Shown here one piece after another: positions 9,101-18,469 of a stretch of 64,000 bases of DNA. Both the position numbers and the translations under genes were made by a program. The stretch lies in NCBI GenBank assembly GCA_977020255.1, contig CDROCS010000882.1, positions 62,001 through 126,000 of the forward strand, in the 5' to 3' direction. Each line of letters opens with the position of its first letter. The first letter of the stretch is position 1. The stretch is from Obrimoposthia wandeli (lineage: Eukaryota). Below the pieces are notes generated by a model that was given only the letters and a program-made list of their open reading frames with translations, searched no databases and was not told the origin of the DNA.

Positions 9101-10936
9101 TTACAAGGTATAAGCCAAACTAACCTCATCATAATCTTCGGATGGTTTTCTTAAAAAACCTGCATTTTCAAAGACTTTTAACATAGGCGCATTATCCCGT
9201 CTGACACAAGCAATGAGCTGGTCTAAACCACGGATCCTCGCAATAGCAATGAGCTCAGATAACAAGGCTTTTGCCATACCTTTACCACGTTTACTTTCTT
9301 TAATAACAAAAGCGACTTCGGCGCTATTACTTGCTTCAAGATAGTAATAACGCGCAACCGCTTGAATAGACTCACCTAAATGATCTCGTTCTGTTAAGCA
9401 CAAGGCTAAATCGACATGCTGATTGACACTGACTAAGTTACACGATTTCTCGCGAGTCATTTGTGTTGCATGATGGTTGTAGCGCATCATTAACGTTTCT
9501 TTATTATGAGAATAAAAAAACTCTTGTAGTTTTCGTTCATCCGCCGGCGCTAATGGTCGAAGAAAGTACTCTAGATCTGCAAAAGTGAAACGTTTCATCT
9601 CAACGTTGCCCAACTCAGGCACTGAGGTTGGGGTGTTTTCTTGGTACTCAGGCACCCAATAATGTTTGCGAACATCTTTAAGTAATTGATCGCGAAATTT
9701 AGGGTGCGCAATGCGAATTAACTCCAGTGAGCGCTCGCGAATGCTTTTCCCTTGTAGTGACGCAATACCATATTCTGTTACCACATAAGAGACATGACCA
9801 CGTGAGGTAACCACGCCGCCACCTTCAGTAATATGTGCCACGATACGTGATATTTTGCCGTCTTTGGTAGTTGATGGCAGGGCAATAATAGGCTTGCCAC
9901 CTTTGCTCAGTGAGGAGCCACGAATAAAATCAACTTGACCACCAATACCACTATAAAAGTGATAGCCAATAGAGTCAGATACGACCTGACCCGTTAGATC
10001 GATTTCGATGGCGCTATTGATAGAAACCATTTTTTCATTTCGGGCAATGTTGACCGGAGAATTAACATGCTCACTTGGATAAAATTCAACATGAGGGTTA
10101 CCATCAACAAACTTATATAAGCGTCGAGTACCGACACAAAAACTCACTACGGTTTTACCTTTATGAAAGGTTTTTTTCCGGTTGTTGATCACACCTGAAA
10201 GCATTAAGTCGATAATACCATCGGAGAGCATTTCACTGTGTACACCTAAGTCTTTGTGATTGGCTAAATAGCGCAGGACCGCGGATGGAATTTTTCCCAT
10301 ACCAATTTGAATGGTCGCGCCATCTTCAACTAGCATTGCTACGTATTGACCAATCTGCTCGGTGGCTCGATCAATTTCTGGCTCTGGCATTTCAGGTAAA
10401 TATTGTTTCATCGTCATATGTGCATGAATTTGGTTCATGTGCACAAAACTGTGACCATTAGTACGTGGCATTTTCGGGTTTATTTGTGCGATAACATATT
10501 TTGCTTTTTTTATCGCGGCTGAAACGATGTCAACACTGACCCCTAACGAGCAATAACCATATTCATCGGGAGGGCTGACCATGATCAAAGCAACATCTAA
10601 GGGGAGAATATTTTCGTTAAATAACTTTGGAATTTCAGATAAAAAAGATGGCGTGTAATCTGCTCGCCCTTCATTGATCGCTTGTCGAATTTTGTCACCA
10701 CCAATAAAAAAAGCATTTACTTTAAATAAATCCTGGTGCTTTCGATCTGCCCAAACGTTGTCTGATAGGGTGAGAATATGCACGGCTTCAATGTCATGTA
10801 GGCCCGCACTATTGGCAATAAGATCATCAATGAGCGCGTTAGGCACTGCAGCGTTAGAGCCAATGAAAATTCGATTACCTGATTTTATATACTGAGACCA
10901 GTCAATTGCAGACTTGTCTTTTCGTTTCAATTGCAT
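9101..10936 (-). CDS. Acetyl-CoA hydrolase/CoA-transferase family domain fused to a C-terminal Pat-like GNAT acetyltransferase
   Basis: DGATIQIGMGKIP, DLGVHSEM (catalytic Glu position), SGIGGQVDFIRG, VVTEYGIA; then LRPLAPADE..QEFF, SAEVAFVI..RGKGMAK..RRDNAPMLKVFENAGF. Confidence 0.9.
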   Translation of the reverse strand: MQLKRKDKSAIDWSQYIKSGNRIFIGSNAAVPNALIDDLIANSAGLHDIEAVHILTLSDNVWADRKHQDLFKVNAFFIGGDKIRQAINEGRADYTPSFLSEIPKLFNENILPLDVALIMVSPPDEYGYCSLGVSVDIVSAAIKKAKYVIAQINPKMPRTNGHSFVHMNQIHAHMTMKQYLPEMPEPEIDRATEQIGQYVAMLVEDGATIQIGMGKIPSAVLRYLANHKDLGVHSEMLSDGIIDLMLSGVINNRKKTFHKGKTVVSFCVGTRRLYKFVDGNPHVEFYPSEHVNSPVNIARNEKMVSINSAIEIDLTGQVVSDSIGYHFYSGIGGQVDFIRGSSLSKGGKPIIALPSTTKDGKISRIVAHITEGGGVVTSRGHVSYVVTEYGIASLQGKSIRERSLELIRIAHPKFRDQLLKDVRKHYWVPEYQENTPTSVPELGNVEMKRFTFADLEYFLRPLAPADERKLQEFFYSHNKETLMMRYNHHATQMTREKSCNLVSVNQHVDLALCLTERDHLGESIQAVARYYYLEASNSAEVAFVIKESKRGKGMAKALLSELIAIARIRGLDQLIACVRRDNAPMLKVFENAGFLRKPSEDYDEVSLAYTL

Positions 10937-11007
10937 AATTTGTCTCTCGTATTTATACCAATTGAAATAAACAATTGATCATTTTAAGGCGGTTTAAATC
11001 TCCAATA

Positions 11008-11125
11008 ACTGCGTTACTTTCAATCACAATAGCTAGCTATTACTCGGCAATATGCTCCTGCATTGCGCTAATGACTTACATCCATGTAAGAATCAATCAA
11101 GCGCCTTATTCTTGAAAATTTACCC
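11008..11125 (+). repeat. Hairpin-type intergenic repeat module (GCGTT...AATAGCTAGCTATT...GCCTT)
   Basis: ctgcgtt, palindrome aatagctagctatt, ttacatccatgtaa hairpin, gcgccttatt; resembles 12459-12509. Confidence 0.45.
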
Positions 11126-11222
11126 TCGTTTAACATTGATCGATAACTTATTACATTTGGTATTACATGTCATGACCAACCGCAGTGAACATACTGTCGG
11201 GATCTGAGTCTGCGTAGATCAA

Positions 11223-11258
11223 TATAAGCTACTTACTATAAGCTACTTACTATAAGCT
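11223..11258. repeat. 14-bp tandem repeat TATAAGCTACTTAC, about 2.6 copies
   Basis: tataagctacttac tataagctacttac tataagct. Confidence 0.9.
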
Positions 11259-11440
11259 CTAATAAAATTACTCTAAGTTCTAATTAAAATTAAGTCGACT
11301 CTATCTAAGTATGCACTATTGAATAAGTTATTTGTTGATAAGAGTCAAACCTTATAGCTGTTTAAATTAAATATTTAACTTTCAAATTGTTCGGTCATTA
11401 ATTATTGTGTTAACGACGAAATACAAAAAAGGTGTGTTAA

Positions 11441-12304
11441 ATGCTAAAAATGAATGTCATTATTTTCTTGAAATACTTAATTTTATTGTTGGTATTAAAT
11501 TTAACATTCCCCGTTTTTGCACAATCGACAGATGCATTACATCCTGTTAACGAACTGACCAAAAAGCCAACATGGGAAGCGGGTTTATTACTCGCCGGCT
11601 TTAATAGCCCGTTATATCCAGGGGCAGAAAATAGTCATACTAAGTTATTACCGGTACCTTTTGTGATTTATCGTGGCGAGCACCTACGTGTAGGGGAAGA
11701 AGGCGTTATTAAAGCGATGGCAATTGAGAAGCCTCGCTTTAAAGTTGATTTATCATTAAGCGCCGCTTTTAATGCCAGCTCTGATGATTCAACTGCACGC
11801 GAAGGCATGCCAGACTTAGATTTTATATTTGAGGTAGGGCCTGAGGTCAGCTTTATGTTGGGTGATAGTATCGAAAGTGAGACTTGGCTTAATTTGCAAT
11901 TTCGCAAAGTACTCTCAACGGACTTCTCCGGTATTGATGATCGAGGTTATATTTTTCAGCCAGAAATATCGTATCAGGGCGAGCAACTCTTTAGTGCAAA
12001 GGATAGTTTTAAATTTACTTTATCACCGATGTTTGCCACTAAAAAAACACACCAATATTTTTATCAAGTTGATGAAGCGTTTAGTAATCCAGAGCGTGCT
12101 TTTTATCAAGCCAAAGGAGGCTATTTAGGAACCGAAGTCACCTTAGTTAACCGCTTTGAGGCACGTGACGATATCACGATACTTTTTAGTACTAAGTTTG
12201 GCTTTTATAATGGTGCCGCAAACGAGGATAGTCCTTTGCTTAAAAAGAATATTAATTATGCTGTTGGCATTGGTGTGAAATGGACATTGTTTCAGCGTAG
12301 TTAG
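11441..12304 (+). CDS. MipA/OmpV-family outer membrane protein
   Basis: Signal peptide; SPLYPGA..LPVPFVIYRG, REGMPDLDFIFEVGPE; C-terminal alternating beta strand YAVGIGVKWTLF. Confidence 0.85.
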   Translation: MLKMNVIIFLKYLILLLVLNLTFPVFAQSTDALHPVNELTKKPTWEAGLLLAGFNSPLYPGAENSHTKLLPVPFVIYRGEHLRVGEEGVIKAMAIEKPRFKVDLSLSAAFNASSDDSTAREGMPDLDFIFEVGPEVSFMLGDSIESETWLNLQFRKVLSTDFSGIDDRGYIFQPEISYQGEQLFSAKDSFKFTLSPMFATKKTHQYFYQVDEAFSNPERAFYQAKGGYLGTEVTLVNRFEARDDITILFSTKFGFYNGAANEDSPLLKKNINYAVGIGVKWTLFQRS

Positions 12305-12400
12305 TCATTCAGGCAAGTAGATATTCGTGCATGAAAACATGCTTCAGTATGCCATAGTACTAGTGTGGTGCTACGTCATAAAACTATCTAAAGCAATCGT

Positions 12401-12615
12401 TAAACAACCTGAATTCTGGATAAGCAGCACTTGCTCATCTTCCCTTTTAAGCCATTATCTGCGTTAAAACGTGGATAAATAGCTCGCTATTCATCAACGT
12501 TTTGCCTTGAAAAATAAAATTGGGTGATGGTGTCTATTAGTTCACCTTTGCTATAGTATTACTTTTCACCAAGCTTTTGATTCACTTGAGTATCAAGTAC
12601 TCATTAATCCAGAGG
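12401..12615 (+). repeat. Dispersed miniature repeat (MITE-like) containing a GCGTT-hairpin-GCCTTG module
   Basis: Begins taaacaacctgaattc; 12401-12509 homologous to 5271-5380 (inverted); internal palindrome aatagctcgctatt; right end uncertain. Confidence 0.65.
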
Positions 12616-12687
12616 CAGAACAATAAAATTGGGCTTTTTAATGTGAGCACTCATCCTAAATAAGGTTGAGTCTACGCGTAGCAATAA

Positions 12688-13857
12688 TTAGCCAAAAATA
12701 TTACGCATTAAAGTAATTGCTTGATCAACGGTTTTGCCGTCTTTTACACTATTAACAATCGTGCTGCGCATATTGATAATATATTCAGGAATATCATCAC
12801 TAGCAAAAGCTTTATCAACAATGGCTTCGGCTGACGCTTTACTGCGTTTAACCGCTTTAGCAACACCAATTTTTACTTTCTTAGGTTTATCACGCATACG
12901 TACGTAGTTTGAGTTTTCTGCCAGCGAGTTATCCGCAAACAAAAACAAATCAATTAATATCGCACGATTTTGCCAAAGTTTGAGCTCAGCTTCATCGCTT
13001 GGCATTTCACTACGCCACCATTGTGTGCTTCTGATGCTGGTGATCATTTCATGCCAGTAATCATCAAAGCTTTGATTGTTTAATTTTATTAAACCTAAGC
13101 CTTGCGAAAGCATATCAATTTTACTGCTATTTAAAGCAACAAACTGATCGGGACGACGCATAGCTAATAGTCGAGTAGCAGGGCTCAGTGGTGCTTTTTC
13201 TTCGCTAGCATGCGCAGCAAATATAGCTTTGTAAGCGTCGATAAAGTTTTGATAATGTACTAAAGTAACTTCGCCTTCCAAAGGGATATGATCCAAGGCG
13301 AGATCAAATGCCTGTGGGTGAGAATTTAATAATTGATGAAAGGTTTTTGCACCGCGAGTGCCTGCAAACCATTCAACATCAAATTCATAAACACTGATAT
13401 CATGCTGAGCACCATGTTTACCGGCAAAGGCCAATCTGTCTTCGTCGATCATATCAGCTAGTTTATCACCACGTATATTGGCAATATAATCTAATAACTT
13501 CAGTCTTTCAGGTAAAGCTTGTAATGTGGCATTTTCTTCAACAAAACCAACAAACACTGGCCAAGGAATAACGCGCGCCATTTTCAATTGGCAGGCACTA
13601 ACACCACAAGATAATGCTTCTTGTAGTTTCTTTAATGGTTTTTCTTGGCTCGTCTCTAATAAATCACGGTTGACTTCATGTAAACAAATTCGATACAGCT
13701 CTCTACACCAGTTTAGAAAATTATCAGGGTGATTTTCTACTTTTACAGCCATTAAATTAAGACTAAGATCAGCAACAAATGACAAGGCATTTTGATAAAT
13801 AGTTTGTTCGGTCGCACTAAGCGACATGGCATTAGGAGAGGTAAGTAATTTTCTCAT
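12688..13857 (-). CDS. Conserved hypothetical protein with ATRLLAMRRPD motif
   Basis: 389 aa ORF with no signal peptide; the motif block resembles the C-terminal domain of some PLD/HKD-family nucleases (from recall). Confidence 0.7.
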   Translation of the reverse strand: MRKLLTSPNAMSLSATEQTIYQNALSFVADLSLNLMAVKVENHPDNFLNWCRELYRICLHEVNRDLLETSQEKPLKKLQEALSCGVSACQLKMARVIPWPVFVGFVEENATLQALPERLKLLDYIANIRGDKLADMIDEDRLAFAGKHGAQHDISVYEFDVEWFAGTRGAKTFHQLLNSHPQAFDLALDHIPLEGEVTLVHYQNFIDAYKAIFAAHASEEKAPLSPATRLLAMRRPDQFVALNSSKIDMLSQGLGLIKLNNQSFDDYWHEMITSIRSTQWWRSEMPSDEAELKLWQNRAILIDLFLFADNSLAENSNYVRMRDKPKKVKIGVAKAVKRSKASAEAIVDKAFASDDIPEYIINMRSTIVNSVKDGKTVDQAITLMRNIFG

Positions 13858-14562
13858 GAAACAGGGATTTCCGACGGTAAAAATTTAAAAATAGGGCGGC
13901 ATGATACGTGTAAAATAGTCTAACGCAAGTGATAAAGGTTAATTTATTAGATAAACGTATTGTTGCTGTTTAAATGTACGGTTCTTGCTGTTGTTCTATG
14001 CTTTTTTGCTTTGCATATTGTATGGGCTAGCAGATAAAAAATTTGTATAGAAATGGCTTTTAGCTTGAACAGACGTCAATTGTTGTTCTTTACCAAGTAG
14101 AAAATGCTTTGCTTGTACCTGTATTTGGGTTAATTAGATGTATCAATCGAGATTAAGTTAACTTAACTTAGCCTAAAATCAACCGAAGTTTAGCTAAGTT
14201 AGCATGTAAATCCTGTGATCAGATAAGGGATACTTGCGTAAAACTCAACATTCAATTGATATCATATAAAGTTAGAGCACAAACTAGGGCAGCAAGCATG
14301 CTTGAGTAAGATTGCAATAGTTTTCGATCACTGACGATAAAGAAAATATGAGGTGATAATTATCACTATAGAGCGATATTATACCAACGGGTATGAATGA
14401 AAAAATACGAAATACAAGTAAATAACAAAATAATTCATTTACGAAATTATCACAAAGCCATGCTAGTTAAGTTAGTTAACAGGTTATAGTGGCGTTATTG
14501 ATTTCGACATCTAAATTTAAGAGATATTGTTCATGATAAGTATTGATAAGTTCTGTAAAGGG

Positions 14563-15337
14563 TTGACGAAAAGCATCGGCGTATTGTGTTTATTGGCCAG
14601 CTTTACTTTAATGTCTAAGACAATGGAACAACTGGGGGCACGGCAAAAGCACATTTAGGTAATTCAGCTATCTTAGTGCAATCGGCGCAGACCAAAGTAT
14701 TATTTGACAATGCATTTTGGAATTCTTGGTGCTGAAGATATTTTTCTTGCTGGCTGGCACCCTATGACAAGATGAATTATATTTTCATCAGTCATGCCCA
14801 CGATGATCATTTTTCTGCAATTGATTTACTCAATTATTTAATCAACACCAAAGCACTTTATCGCTTCAACAAGCTTATTGAAAGCCAACCGCGTTAGATT
14901 TTTGAGTCAAGGTGAAAGCGATATTGCCCAGAGTGCTTCACGGTTATGGCGAATGGCTTGGCTGCAAATAATAAATCATACTAAGCTTGCTGTGCGCATT
15001 CACGCTTATTGCCTCTGTCAAGCTTACTGCGAAAATATGGTTTTAGAGTCAATTACCTTCGTGACAACTCAAGATACACATGCATGCAGATCAATCTGAT
15101 GACGAGCATTATTTACCTTATAAAGCTTATTGGCAAAAGCAAGTGACTGATACTGCATTCCCACCTTATTGGTTTTTCTATTCAGCGGAAGGGTGCGATA
15201 TTTTGCATGAAATTATTAATGCCACACACCATGTTGCTGTACATGTACCCGTCGTTATTCCTCAACGCCTTATTGAAACTAAGCAGCCTTATTTTTCAAC
15301 TTCGGGGCAAGTAATAAAGCTTAAAATGCAGGAGTAA
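14563..15337 (+). pseudogene. Decayed secreted MBL-fold metallo-hydrolase
   Basis: Fragments in different frames: signal-like KSIGVLCLLASFTL; HLGNSAILVQSAQTKVLFD; YIFISHAHDDHFS (HxHxDH at 14793-14810); AVRIH; HADQSDDEHYLPYKAYWQ..AFPPYWFF..HHVAVHVP. Confidence 0.75.
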
Positions 15338-15541
15338 CGATTAAGTTAACACTTGTTTTTACAGCGATAAATCAGTATTGTGATTTCTGGTATGACCACT
15401 ATTGCTTGGCGGTTAATTTAGACACTAGCGCGGTCATTAATAGCAATAGCAGACTTTCAGAGTCAGACAATCAAAAGCAAGTGAAAATGCCAGTGTCGCT
15501 GTCAGGTCAATCAATAGCTAATCGTTTAGGATTAAAATGTA

Positions 15542-16429
15542 ATGCAACAAGCGTCAATCTTTATTAGTGATGGTGCAGACCAACTTCATTTGCGCCATAT
15601 TTGGAAAAAACCCGGTGGCGTGCCTATTTTTATGTTGCATGGCTTAATTGAAAACGGCTATATTTTTTATACTGAAAAAGGTAAAGGTTTAGCCTGTTTT
15701 TTGGCGGAACAAGGGTTCGATGTTTATGTTGGCGACTTACGTGGCAGAGGTAAAAGCAGACCGGCAATTAATGCTAAATCAAAATTTGGCCAGCATGAAG
15801 CGATCACTCGAGATATTCCACTATTTTTAGAAAAAATACAGCAGTTAAATACGCAAAAAATTCACCTTATTGCCCATTCATGGGGTGGGGTGCTTATAAC
15901 CAGTTTCTTAGCACGCTATCCTCATTGGCTTGACAAGGTACTGAGTAAAACTTGCTTTGGTACTAAGCGAATTGTTACGGCTAAAACCCTTGAAGCGTAT
16001 TTCAAATTAGGCTTTATGTGGCGTTATATTGCACCAATGTTAGCAAAAAAACAGGGCTATTTTGATGCCAAAAAGTTTCGTTTTGGCTCTGATAGTGAAA
16101 CGCAACAGTCATTACTAGAAAGCATTGCATGGGTGATCCCAGGTCAATGGCATGATCAAAGCGACGGTTTTGACTATTACCATGCCGCCGAAAATATACA
16201 CTGGCCACCTACTTGGCATTTCACGGGAATTAATGACCGAGCATTAGGCCATAGGCAAGACGTACAGCTTTTTATCAATGAAAGCAGCAATAATGCGGCA
16301 AAATTTTCTGTGTTATCAAAAAAGGCAGGTAGCCTAGTCGATTATGACCACATTAATATTTTGACTCATGCACAAGCGGTTAATGACCATTTTCCACAAT
16401 TATCGTCTTGGCTAAAACAGCAGAGTTAA
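15542..16429 (+). CDS. Alpha/beta-fold hydrolase
   Basis: MLHGLIEN, GFDVYVGDLRGRG, nucleophile elbow AHSWGG, late His in YDHINIL. Confidence 0.85.
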   Translation: MQQASIFISDGADQLHLRHIWKKPGGVPIFMLHGLIENGYIFYTEKGKGLACFLAEQGFDVYVGDLRGRGKSRPAINAKSKFGQHEAITRDIPLFLEKIQQLNTQKIHLIAHSWGGVLITSFLARYPHWLDKVLSKTCFGTKRIVTAKTLEAYFKLGFMWRYIAPMLAKKQGYFDAKKFRFGSDSETQQSLLESIAWVIPGQWHDQSDGFDYYHAAENIHWPPTWHFTGINDRALGHRQDVQLFINESSNNAAKFSVLSKKAGSLVDYDHINILTHAQAVNDHFPQLSSWLKQQS

Positions 16430-16482
16430 TTTTAGACGTTAACGTATAACGCACATTTACATTGTCATTATTTTTAGCGCTA

Positions 16483-17856
16483 TTACTCATCTTCAATTAT
16501 TTTCATCGCCTCAATATTAATAATGGTTGAGCGATTTAGGGTGATTTTAAAGCGTTGGGTTTGTTGTAGGTCTTGCTTATCTGTTTGCATTAATACCACA
16601 TTTATTTGGTAACGACGTTCAACGGCTTGTTTGGCAATTTTACTGCCATCAAGCGTATACAAACGACCTTCGCCTTTCTTTAGAAAACGAATAAAAGGTG
16701 TTAAATTAAAATAGATACGTTGTTGAATTTCATCGTAACCAGGTAAAAAACTTTTTGCGTTTACTTTGGTATCACTGCGAAAATGCAGTAGCTGCGCCGC
16801 TTGCTTATTTTGTTGTCGACGAGTTTGAAATAGTTTGTCTACTTGCTTAGGTAAATCTTTGTTAAGTATATACTCAAGCCAAATAGTTTGGCTGGCCACA
16901 CGACTTTTATTGACGCTATTACTATAAATGTTTTTCCATTTTGGCAGGCCTTTTTGGATACTACGCCAAATAATGCGGGTAATGTCTTCTTTGAATATTT
17001 CCCTTAAGCCATATATAACACCGAGCATACCAACCAAAGCAATAGTTATTTCGGTAAAGTTTGCTCTAGCACTTAATACCAGCATCATTACAAAAGTCAT
17101 AATGATAGCGGTGACTGTACCGCGCACAACACGTTTTAAATTACTGTTCAGGTTTTTGGTTTCTTTTTGAAATACAACACCATATTCGGTTAACCTTTGC
17201 AGTAGTCTCATTTTGTTAGTGATTCGGTTTGGATCCTCTATGGTCACTTGAGAATTATATTGGTTACTCTCTCGATATTCATTTTCGCTGCGACATAAGG
17301 CAAATAAGAAATTTCTCTCTGTGGCAAATTCACTGCTTTTCGGTCCTCGAGATAGTAACTTTAAAAATGATTGTTCTACCTCCCAGCTTAAATAATTGTC
17401 AGCATTTTCGAAAAATGATCTCAGCTTTTGATCGGGTGGGGTATATCTTCGTAATTTTTTAAGTAAAGCAGTAATTTGTTCTGCGAGCACAATTGCTTGA
17501 GGGTAAAATTCTTCGCTTTCCTTAAGCTTAATGGTCTGTTTAATATCAGTATCTAGCGCAATACGAATTTGATAGGAAAATAAATTAAGATTTAAGCGAT
17601 AATCGGCTTGCTCGCCTTTTTTTTGGCTAATAAAACGACTGCGAACTAACGGCAAATGCAGTTGGTCAGAATAATAAGCACTGTGATTTTGTATACTGCT
17701 ATGAAAGTAGTGTTCTTCAGTTAATGTTTTTGAACTAATGCCCATTTCTACCGGCAAAGAGAAATAGAGGTCGAGCCGTTGATGGTCACTCGGTAATAGT
17801 TGGTAACTAACTTTTATAGAAAGATTTTCGTCTTGGATGAGTGTCGTGTTATTCAC
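16483..17856 (-). CDS. Hypothetical protein with two central TM helices
   Basis: 457 aa uninterrupted ORF; hydrophobic VTAIIMTFVMMLVL and ITIALVGMLGVIYGL. Confidence 0.7.
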   Translation of the reverse strand: MNNTTLIQDENLSIKVSYQLLPSDHQRLDLYFSLPVEMGISSKTLTEEHYFHSSIQNHSAYYSDQLHLPLVRSRFISQKKGEQADYRLNLNLFSYQIRIALDTDIKQTIKLKESEEFYPQAIVLAEQITALLKKLRRYTPPDQKLRSFFENADNYLSWEVEQSFLKLLSRGPKSSEFATERNFLFALCRSENEYRESNQYNSQVTIEDPNRITNKMRLLQRLTEYGVVFQKETKNLNSNLKRVVRGTVTAIIMTFVMMLVLSARANFTEITIALVGMLGVIYGLREIFKEDITRIIWRSIQKGLPKWKNIYSNSVNKSRVASQTIWLEYILNKDLPKQVDKLFQTRRQQNKQAAQLLHFRSDTKVNAKSFLPGYDEIQQRIYFNLTPFIRFLKKGEGRLYTLDGSKIAKQAVERRYQINVVLMQTDKQDLQQTQRFKITLNRSTIINIEAMKIIEDE

Positions 17857-18292
17857 TTATACTTTTTGCTCCCTATTATTGTATTTTTTTGACCTAAGGT
17901 GTTATTAAATAGATAATTAACTACACTATAATTACATTTCGTCGCAAGTTCACGTAATACTATCTTTTTATCATACGCTATTTTAATGTCATGTTTTAGC
18001 TTTTAACACGATTATCATTCACTTAATTTTTATACCGATTTAGTCGATGGTGATAGTGAGAAAAATAAAATCATTTCGTTTTGTGAAGGTTTATTTTTCC
18101 TGTTTAAGCGTTTGAAATGCCAATAAAGTTTAATGATTGATGTTAATACCCTCTATCGTTTTGTTCGATAAAATAATCAATTTATTTTAACACCAGATCA
18201 AAATAGCTGCACTGTGTAAACTGTGTAATTAACCTTGACATTAAAGCGCGAAAATTTAGAATTGTTGGCAGGTGACAAGTTAGTGTTAAGCA

Positions 18293-18318
18293 CTGCATTT
18301 TCAAGTGGTTTGGGTATA
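18293..18318 (+). repeat. Solo right end of the ERIC-like element family
   Basis: ctgcattttcaagtggtttgggtata resembles ctgcatcttgaagtgaaacgggtat at 33976-34000. Confidence 0.5.
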
Positions 18319-18469
18319 CCATTGTTTCAGGCATATTTCTTTTCTGAGGAGCAGGGACAGTGCTCTGTTCCTCATATCGCTTTTTCTTATCTACATTGAG
18401 CGTATTTTACATTGACGGTTCAGCCAATTTTTCTTGAATAAATCTATATTCTTTAGGTAATGGAGTATT

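Noticed and set aside
8971-9132. N-terminal extension of the deacetylase in the ORF track
   Set aside because: Overlaps the upstream gene; a good RBS and family-typical start lie at 8970
11223-11258. Possible mini-CRISPR
   Set aside because: Repeats are adjacent with no spacers and no cas genes are present
17860-18469. c-di-GMP or other riboswitch upstream of the MHYT kinase
   Set aside because: No GEMM-type consensus seen; only a generic hairpin near 18345-18375 and a repeat end
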